From: a virus | Taxonomy: Duplodnaviria; Caudoviricetes | IMG/VR virus record: IMGVR_UViG_3300022867_000070 | Span: 1-24,146 of that record | Direction: 5' to 3' (one strand) | Length of the DNA stretch: 24,146 nucleotides | Shown: piece after piece, positions 18,701 through 24,146 of the stretch | How the letters are laid out: each line of letters begins with the position of its first letter | How positions within the stretch are numbered: the stretch's first letter is position 1 | Position numbers and translations under genes: made by a program | The notes under the pieces: model-generated | Database searches by the model: none | Seen by the model: only the letters and a program-made list of their open reading frames with translations | What the model was told of the DNA's origin: nothing

Positions 18701-19652
18701 GCTCTGGAATGCTTCACCTGATTGGCAACCCTATTCTATTAATATGGGTTCAGCTGAAAAACCTAATTGGATTGAACTGAAACGTCTCGACCCACACGGC
18801 ATGATATTTGGTATTATTGGCGATATTTATGAAATGATTGAATATCAACAAAATGACCCAGACCCAGAACTGGGTGAGCTAGTCGGCATGACCATGGCAT
18901 CGTTTGCTAATAACGTAATGTCAAAAACCTATATGATGTCTCTTGCCGACACGATGCGCCTATTTGATGGTAATACCAGTTTCGAAAAGGCAGCGAATAC
19001 ACTGTCGTATCGGGCGGCATCAATGGTGCCATATTCCAGCATATCTTATGAATTTAACAAAGCTCAAAACGGGCATATGACAGAGCTACGCACACTCACC
19101 GATAAGATTAAATCTCGTATATACGGGATGGATAATTCGGTTGTAAAACACGATTGGCTTACAGGTGAGGCAGTTGACCTTCCAGAGTATATGCTTGGGT
19201 TTATTAGGCAGAAGAAACTGGACAGTGGTGAGCATGTTGCAGCTGGTGTTTACGAAGAGATGCGTAAACTTAACCACGCCTTTGTTGGTCCCCAGAGGAA
19301 CCTCGGAGATGTTGAGTTATCTGCAGTACAATATAGAAGATACAATGAGTTAATAGGTACAATTAAAGTAAATAGCACTGATAATCTCATTAAAACTTTA
19401 GCCAAGCAGATAAACTCACGAAGGTATGCAAGCCTGACTGACGCTGCTGAAATTAACCAGACACGTTCTGCAGATGATGGGCGTGTTAAGCATCTTAACA
19501 TCTACATCCAACTGGCCAAACGAAAGGCCAAACAGCAGCTATTTGGGGAATACCCTGAGCTAAAGAAAGCGGTCATGTCCAATAGGGTAAACCGCTCGTT
19601 ATCGAAGGCAGGTCGAGAGGCTGAGCCATTGATAACAACGATAGCCAATTAA
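15705..19652 (+). CDS. Internal virion protein D, T7 gp16-like
   Basis: 1315 aa; NAILSGPRTH, RFLTAEDEFFK, PFVQTPTNI, GKITGGGP, WQPYSI, RLDP motifs that I associate with large ejection proteins of marine T7-like phages; synteny. Confidence 0.8.
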   Translation: MAEETQPEVRILPDQAALDRAKDVLMQNGGANVSMFDQVYGQGAALKVLQGQYELPPPPEEPNMFSNFVDGAQDVLSGIVRGAIGAGAEARQTYENFGAVTPEQFEATLNNFIAKQEEARGNLFTQKEKDMAFLEQRSKYDKMGINISNPEDRVDYNADTALTNIVTATGGAVDLTETLGTPDTMAGQLAEGFAQFATAYYALGGGRSILAGLGKGAAADATAFDPYDANISAFMQENEWAVPYLTEALATDANATEWENRLRNSVEGGILGVGLEGIVAVIKLARGTSKAKLEITETGAVSKETAAEIADAETTIKTFDELAANGKPKGQMVEGMFTTPDGMKFDPSTGNRRVDLEAPKPEAVAPKIDVPVQPDAPDIGSIPEIRPDAPTVPEVQTTAPAQPKAPSEVINTQALRNITDQARKTNEIVPLSSLDMEGNDIGLFNWNNMDGPPDALKMMDATQQALSDTGVLKGMGLEKVETHNQVFDEATKDLAEIVDANPDEIRGAFLDAEKVTRKSAQRIVAGKMLLQSTGRRISDLSEVIAKMSKTRDVDTAVERQLVDLLKLHADVQASVKGIQTATARAVSAGRIRTADALDDVALDRLMEFGGSNQVRRLAKQIQGAKGNPKAQAKIIRKANENKIFGVLNEVWLNAILSGPRTHILNMGANGFNLLIRPGIRAVGGTLTGNMQVAEEGVRQYAYLISEITDSLRYVATLSAQGKDSAIENTLKSWWTGEGVLDTATKFDPTKGKGRAISTDRGGVSGFAINTLGKGLTLSNRFLTAEDEFFKQTIFRSRMRAMVMSQARRLTTDQLDSLGYANKDAYIDGEITKAINSKESLTEKFEQMVREGKILDDEATKAEFIKKNTGTFNHTSKVAVKAIDEARESTFTTPLRSGTFSAKTQQMISNFPLLRQIMPFVQTPTNILRVSFERIPVLNLVMQKQRDIVFRGAGTADERAIVMGNMALGAAAGAYAYNLAMNGKITGGGPSYTSDSNKAKLWNASPDWQPYSINMGSAEKPNWIELKRLDPHGMIFGIIGDIYEMIEYQQNDPDPELGELVGMTMASFANNVMSKTYMMSLADTMRLFDGNTSFEKAANTLSYRAASMVPYSSISYEFNKAQNGHMTELRTLTDKIKSRIYGMDNSVVKHDWLTGEAVDLPEYMLGFIRQKKLDSGEHVAAGVYEEMRKLNHAFVGPQRNLGDVELSAVQYRRYNELIGTIKVNSTDNLIKTLAKQINSRRYASLTDAAEINQTRSADDGRVKHLNIYIQLAKRKAKQQLFGEYPELKKAVMSNRVNRSLSKAGREAEPLITTIAN

Positions 19653-19662
19653 AAACAACAAC

Positions 19663-19693
19663 AGGCCCCTTTTCGGAGGGGTCTACTTCTTTC
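19663..19693 (+). terminator. UUCG-loop hairpin, terminator-like, before the tail fibre gene
   Basis: AGGCCCCTT-TTCG-GAGGGGTCT followed by ACTTCTTTC. Confidence 0.7.
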
Positions 19694-19703
19694 AGGAGAC
19701 ATT

Positions 19704-21437
19704 ATGGCTGACAGTATAGTCAAATATGTGGCTGACGGTTCTACATCTGAATTTTCCATACCGTTTAACTATATCAACCGTGAAGACGTTGTTGTTCTAG
19801 TTGCGGGTGTGGCGGCCCCAAAAACATTCTTAAATGATACAACAGTATCGATAACAACAACTCCACCAGTAAACGCTATCGTTGCTATAAAACGGCAAAC
19901 TTCGAAGGTGCCGTTGGTTGATTTCACAGATGGTTCCACACTATTTGAAGCTGACTTAGACCTAGCAAACAAGCAGGCCCGGTTCTTAGCGGAAGAAGCC
20001 GTTGACCGTGCAGAAAACGCAATCGAACTAAGTGACGCTGATGGACGTTGGGATGCTAAAGGTTACCGACTAAAGAACATTGGCGAACCTCTAGCTGACG
20101 ATGAAGTCGCAACACGCGGCTGGGTAAACACATCATCTGAATCAACCGTAGCTGAAGCAGCTGCAATTAGAAACCAGCTGTATAACCTGACAACCTCAAT
20201 GGTGTCCCTGCCCTATGGCACGGATGGTTATGCAACCTATGATGCTGAAGCTGGTAACTTAGAGTTTAGCTTATCTGAAGGACCTCAAGGTGTGCAGGGT
20301 GTTGTAGGCCCCTCAGGACCTAACGGACCTCAAGGCCCAGTAGGCATCCAAGGTGTCCAAGGCCCTCAAGGACCGACAGGACAAACTGGAGATACAGGGG
20401 CAGAAGGTCCCACAGGTATCCAAGGACCAACAGGTCTCCAAGGTGTCACGGGTGACCAAGGTGACGTAGGACCAGAAGGCGCACAGGGAAACCTAGGTGC
20501 TACAGGTTCAACAGGCCCTCAAGGTGTTACGGGTTTAACAGGTCCTCAGGGACCAGAAGGACCTACAGGCCCTCAAGGCATCCTCGGCCCAGTTGGTGAC
20601 CAAGGTGTCATTGGTGAAAGTGGCGATACAGGACCATCAGGTCCTACAGGCTCGCAGGGACCTACAGGGTCCACAGGCTCACAAGGCCCTCAAGGTGATG
20701 TAGGTGGTATTGGTCCAGAGGGACCAACAGGTTCTCAAGGCCAACAAGGTGTCACAGGTGACCAAGGCCCTCAGGGCTTAACAGGTGATACAGGTTCTAC
20801 AGGACCTGTGGGAGCTGAAGGACCTCAAGGTGTCACAGGTGACCAAGGCCCTCAGGGCTTAACAGGTGATACAGGTTCTACAGGACCTGTGGGAGCTGAA
20901 GGACCTCAAGGTTCGACGGGTACTCAAGGTATTCAAGGTCTTATTGGGAACACCGGGTTAACTGGTACTACTGGAGGCGAAGGTCCTACAGGGTCGGTAG
21001 GCCCTCAAGGCATCCAAGGTGATGATGGTGTTATAGGTCCGCAAGGACCAGTAGGCGCTCAAGGACCTCAAGGTTCTACAGGCGCTACTGGCGTCAAAGG
21101 TGCTACTGGGGACCAAGGTACTCAAGGTATTCAGGGTGATACAGGTCTACAAGGCTCTACAGGCTCTCAGGGTATTACAGGCGCAACTGGACCTCTCGGC
21201 CCACAAGGTGTTGCAGGGCCTATTGGCCCACAGGGTATCCAAGGTATCCAAGGGACCAACGGTCCTGATGGCTCTACAGGCCCTACAGGTGCAATGGGCG
21301 CTACGCCGCTAGGTTTAGCCTTTGGTACATTCTCCATCAATTCGGATGGTGAACTTCAAATAGAATATTATGGGGATGCTGCTGACAACGATTTCACAAT
21401 CGATGCCAACGGGTTCCTCTCAGTTAGTACGGTGTAA
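19704..21437 (+). CDS. Tail fibre protein 1: T7 gp17-like N-terminal anchor, 114 Gly-X-Y triplets, short C-terminal domain
   Basis: N-terminus [17 protein letters not shown]...IKRQT...[16 protein letters not shown]; uninterrupted collagen region 20280-21305; RBS AGGAG. Confidence 0.92.
   Translation: MADSIVKYVADGSTSEFSIPFNYINREDVVVLVAGVAAPKTFLNDTTVSITTTPPVNAIVAIKRQTSKVPLVDFTDGSTLFEADLDLANKQARFLAEEAVDRAENAIELSDADGRWDAKGYRLKNIGEPLADDEVATRGWVNTSSESTVAEAAAIRNQLYNLTTSMVSLPYGTDGYATYDAEAGNLEFSLSEGPQGVQGVVGPSGPNGPQGPVGIQGVQGPQGPTGQTGDTGAEGPTGIQGPTGLQGVTGDQGDVGPEGAQGNLGATGSTGPQGVTGLTGPQGPEGPTGPQGILGPVGDQGVIGESGDTGPSGPTGSQGPTGSTGSQGPQGDVGGIGPEGPTGSQGQQGVTGDQGPQGLTGDTGSTGPVGAEGPQGVTGDQGPQGLTGDTGSTGPVGAEGPQGSTGTQGIQGLIGNTGLTGTTGGEGPTGSVGPQGIQGDDGVIGPQGPVGAQGPQGSTGATGVKGATGDQGTQGIQGDTGLQGSTGSQGITGATGPLGPQGVAGPIGPQGIQGIQGTNGPDGSTGPTGAMGATPLGLAFGTFSINSDGELQIEYYGDAADNDFTIDANGFLSVSTV
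20745..20912 (+). repeat. Exact 81-nt tandem duplication in fibre 1
   Basis: 20745-20825 equals 20826-20906, plus 6 nt; encodes [27 protein letters not shown] twice. Confidence 0.93.
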
Positions 21438-21439
21438 AA

Positions 21440-23662
21440 ATGGGAACATTAAATATTGGACGGGTGCGGATGGGTTGGAAAGGAACTTGGAGTTCTGGAA
21501 CAACATATGTCGCACAAGATGCCGTGTACTATAGCGGTGAAACATTTGTTGCCAAAATCGACGTCCCCGTTGGTACAGCAACAACTAACACAACCTACTG
21601 GCAGCAAGTTGCCCAGAAGGGAACTAACGGGACCAACGGTTCTGCTGGTGCTACAGGTCCAACAGGTGCCACAGGTCCTCAAGGTATCCAAGGTGACCAA
21701 GGAACCACAGGCGCTCAAGGTCCTATAGGAAATACAGGCGCTCAGGGTGGTACAGGTTTAACAGGCCCCCAAGGTGATGTAGGCGATACAGGCGCAACAG
21801 GACCTCAGGGTACTATAGGCAATACAGGTTCTACAGGCGCTCAAGGTCCTATAGGAAATACAGGCGCAACAGGACCTCAGGGTACTATAGGCAATACAGG
21901 CCTAACGGGTTCAACAGGTCCGCAAGGTCCAGTTGGTGATGATGGTGCAACAGGTTCACAGGGCATTCAAGGTACTGTAGGTAATACAGGCGCTACAGGT
22001 CCTCAAGGTCCTATAGGAAATACAGGTGCTACTGGTTCCACAGGTCCTCAAGGTGGCTCAGGTCCCACAGGCGCTGCTGGTGCTCAAGGTCCTATAGGAA
22101 ATACAGGTCTCACTGGTTCCACAGGTCCTCAAGGTGGCTCAGGTCCCACAGGTGCTACAGGTCCTCAAGGTCCAGTAGGTGATGATGGAGACACAGGTCC
22201 TCAAGGTATTCAAGGGCCAATAGGTAATACTGGTTCTACAGGTCCCCAAGGTTCAATCGGCAACACTGGCCCCCAAGGCTCGACAGGCTCAACAGGCGGA
22301 ACTGGTGCCACAGGTCCTCAAGGACCTCAAGGTGGGACAGGCTCTACTGGTCCCACAGGTTCAACAGGCCCAGCGCCAGCTAGTGGCTGGTCTGGTTATT
22401 CCTTACGCTTCCAGAATCCTAATGGAACATGGGGTGCCTATACAAACCTTCGTGGTGCTACAGGTGCTACAGGCCCTCAAGGAACTACAGGCTCTCAAGG
22501 CCCTATCGGGAATACAGGTGCTACTGGCTCTACTGGTGGACAGGGTATTCAGGGACCTATAGGCTCTCAAGGTTCTACTGGTCCACAAGGTGGTACAGGT
22601 CCACAGGGTGGTACTGGACCTCAAGGTTCTATAGGTAACACAGGTGTCGCTGGGCCTACAGGCTCTCAAGGTCCCACAGGTAATACAGGCTCAACTGGTG
22701 CTACAGGTCCATCTGGTAACCCATTTGGCGGTGGGACTTTTACAGGAAACGTAAACCTCGGCAACAACTCTATTCTTGATGTTCAGAATATCACTGTCGA
22801 TGATAAAATAACCTCAACCGCTGACACCAATACCTATCTGCAGTTCCATGCAGCAGACCAATGGCGAGTTGTATGTGGTAATAATGAAAGCCTTGAAGTT
22901 CGCAATGGTGTTGTGAATGTTGATATGCTTGAAGTCGGTGGAACAGATGTCATTAGTTCTAGCAGACAGCTACAGAACATCTCCTCTGTTGATGCGACTA
23001 CAGCGGCGGCGATTGGTGCTGCGGGTGTTGGGGGTGTGAACTTACTAGGATTCCCAACAAAATTTACAGTGACAACATCTGGGACATTATCTGGTTTTCC
23101 TGCGTCAGCTGGTTGGGCTGTGGTGAGTGGCGGCGGAGGGTCTGGGGGTAGACAGTATTCATCTAATGCTAGCACTCGGGCTACCAGTGGCGGGGATGGC
23201 GGTAAGACATCTGTCTACTTTTCTGACCTCTCAGTCTTGAACGGAGAGTCATTTACTGCTGCCGCTGGGGGCGCTGGGTACTATACTACGAGTAACCGCT
23301 ACGGCAACGCTGGCGGTTCATCCATATTACGATGGGATGGAAATGTGGTCACTGTAACTGGCGGTCAATCAGGCGCATCCGGTTGGATTCCCGGTTACAA
23401 TGACCAACTTAATAACAGGGCAGACGGAACTGCCAGCGTTACTTCAGGCTCCGCAACACTGCAAACTGCGGCTTATGGGTTAGCAGATATCGGTGCAGGC
23501 TTCACAGGTGAATTGATAGCTCCAGCTTCCGCCGGAGGTTCTGTCACCTCGGGTTACACCGCAAGTTTAGCAGCCTTTGGCGGGGCATCTGCAGGCGTGT
23601 TGAATGGCAACACCGTTTCTGCTGGCGGCAGTGGTGGTCTAGAAGTTTGGGTAACAGGTTGA
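21440..23662 (+). CDS. Tail fibre protein 2 (distal, probably receptor-binding): collagen 84+30 triplets, Gly/Ser-rich C-terminal domain
   Basis: N-terminal [11 protein letters not shown]...[13 protein letters not shown] module; collagen 21620-22375 and 22454-22723; [17 protein letters not shown] fibre-like motif; GGGGSGG-rich tip. Confidence 0.85.
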   Translation: MGTLNIGRVRMGWKGTWSSGTTYVAQDAVYYSGETFVAKIDVPVGTATTNTTYWQQVAQKGTNGTNGSAGATGPTGATGPQGIQGDQGTTGAQGPIGNTGAQGGTGLTGPQGDVGDTGATGPQGTIGNTGSTGAQGPIGNTGATGPQGTIGNTGLTGSTGPQGPVGDDGATGSQGIQGTVGNTGATGPQGPIGNTGATGSTGPQGGSGPTGAAGAQGPIGNTGLTGSTGPQGGSGPTGATGPQGPVGDDGDTGPQGIQGPIGNTGSTGPQGSIGNTGPQGSTGSTGGTGATGPQGPQGGTGSTGPTGSTGPAPASGWSGYSLRFQNPNGTWGAYTNLRGATGATGPQGTTGSQGPIGNTGATGSTGGQGIQGPIGSQGSTGPQGGTGPQGGTGPQGSIGNTGVAGPTGSQGPTGNTGSTGATGPSGNPFGGGTFTGNVNLGNNSILDVQNITVDDKITSTADTNTYLQFHAADQWRVVCGNNESLEVRNGVVNVDMLEVGGTDVISSSRQLQNISSVDATTAAAIGAAGVGGVNLLGFPTKFTVTTSGTLSGFPASAGWAVVSGGGGSGGRQYSSNASTRATSGGDGGKTSVYFSDLSVLNGESFTAAAGGAGYYTTSNRYGNAGGSSILRWDGNVVTVTGGQSGASGWIPGYNDQLNNRADGTASVTSGSATLQTAAYGLADIGAGFTGELIAPASAGGSVTSGYTASLAAFGGASAGVLNGNTVSAGGSGGLEVWVTG
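21707..22152 (+). repeat. Dispersed exact repeats in the fibre 2 collagen region
   Basis: 21707-21741 = 21833-21867; 21786-21828 = 21858-21900; 22031-22071 = 22112-22152. Confidence 0.85.
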
Positions 23663-23672
23663 GGAGTATAAC

Positions 23673-23960
23673 ATGAGCAAAGTATTTATATTAGAAGATG
23701 ATAACAGAATATTGGTAGAAGATGACGCCGATATTTCAAACTGGCCCGGTGCAACAGAAGAACAACCTAACCTCACAGAGATAAAAGCAGTTGAAGTTAG
23801 GGTTATTAGAAATGAGATTCTTACAGGTTCTGATTGGACACAGCTATCTGACGCACCAGTAGATCAAGCAACTTGGGCTACTTATCGCTCCGCTCTGCGT
23901 GACATTCCAGACCAATCAGGTTTCCCAAGCACAATCACTTGGCCTCAAGAGCCTACTTAA
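23673..23960 (+). CDS. Phage tail fibre assembly chaperone-like protein
   Basis: RNEILTGSDWTQLSDAP...WATYRSALRDIPDQSGFP..ITWP.EP; RBS GAGGAG; follows the distal fibre gene. Confidence 0.88.
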   Translation: MSKVFILEDDNRILVEDDADISNWPGATEEQPNLTEIKAVEVRVIRNEILTGSDWTQLSDAPVDQATWATYRSALRDIPDQSGFPSTITWPQEPT

Positions 23961-24072
23961 ATTTATAGTCCCCTATTAAAAGGAGGAACCCTCCTCCCTA
24001 CTATTATATATACTATATAGGTTATACTTAAGGAAACACAGGTATAACTTAGTTATCTAAGGAGAAACACAG

Positions 24073-24146
24073 ATGACCACAGACTACCAAACATTTATTC
24101 ACCTTTCTCGTTACTCTCGTTGGTTAGAAGAAGAACAACGTAGAGA
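24073..24146 (+). CDS. N-terminus of a probable second class II ribonucleotide reductase (monomeric RTPR-like); truncated by window edge
   Basis: RBS AAGGAG 24059-24064; MTTDYQTFIHLSRYSRWLEEEQRR(E) resembles the TDYQxFIHxSRYARW...RRETW start I recall from phage RTPR-type NrdJ. Only 24 full codons are visible. Confidence 0.65.
   Translation, partial: MTTDYQTFIHLSRYSRWLEEEQRR

Noticed and set aside
21440-23960. Diversity-generating retroelement or invertible tail-fibre switch
   Set aside because: No reverse transcriptase or invertase, and no template/variable repeat pair at the fibre tip; the repeats are exact and confined to the collagen regions.

Overview
A 24-kb segment of a T7-like podovirus genome (Autographiviridae-type gene order), probably from a marine alphaproteobacterial host (inferred from the Sel1 and lipoprotein cargo). 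Left: nucleotide-metabolism/replication genes (partial thyX, gp6-like exonuclease, DUF3310/gp1.7-like, class II nrdJ). Then the virion block: portal, scaffold, major capsid, tail tubular A/B, internal virion proteins A-D, two collagen-like tail fibre proteins and a fibre chaperone. Most unusual feature: a ~2.5-kb accessory island between the scaffold and capsid genes (6445-8985) holding a HIRAN protein with a (GAT)12 tract, two lipoproteins, a secreted Sel1-repeat protein and a 59-aa secreted protein on the minus strand missed by the ORF track. The island carries a duplicated ~67-bp sigma70 promoter+RBS leader and a perfect 27-bp direct repeat, suggesting a shufflable array of self-expressed envelope-protein cassettes. 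Also notable: both fibre proteins contain 114 Gly-X-Y triplets, and the window ends in what looks like the N-terminus of a second, different class II ribonucleotide reductase. All calls come from reading motifs by eye; no searches were run.
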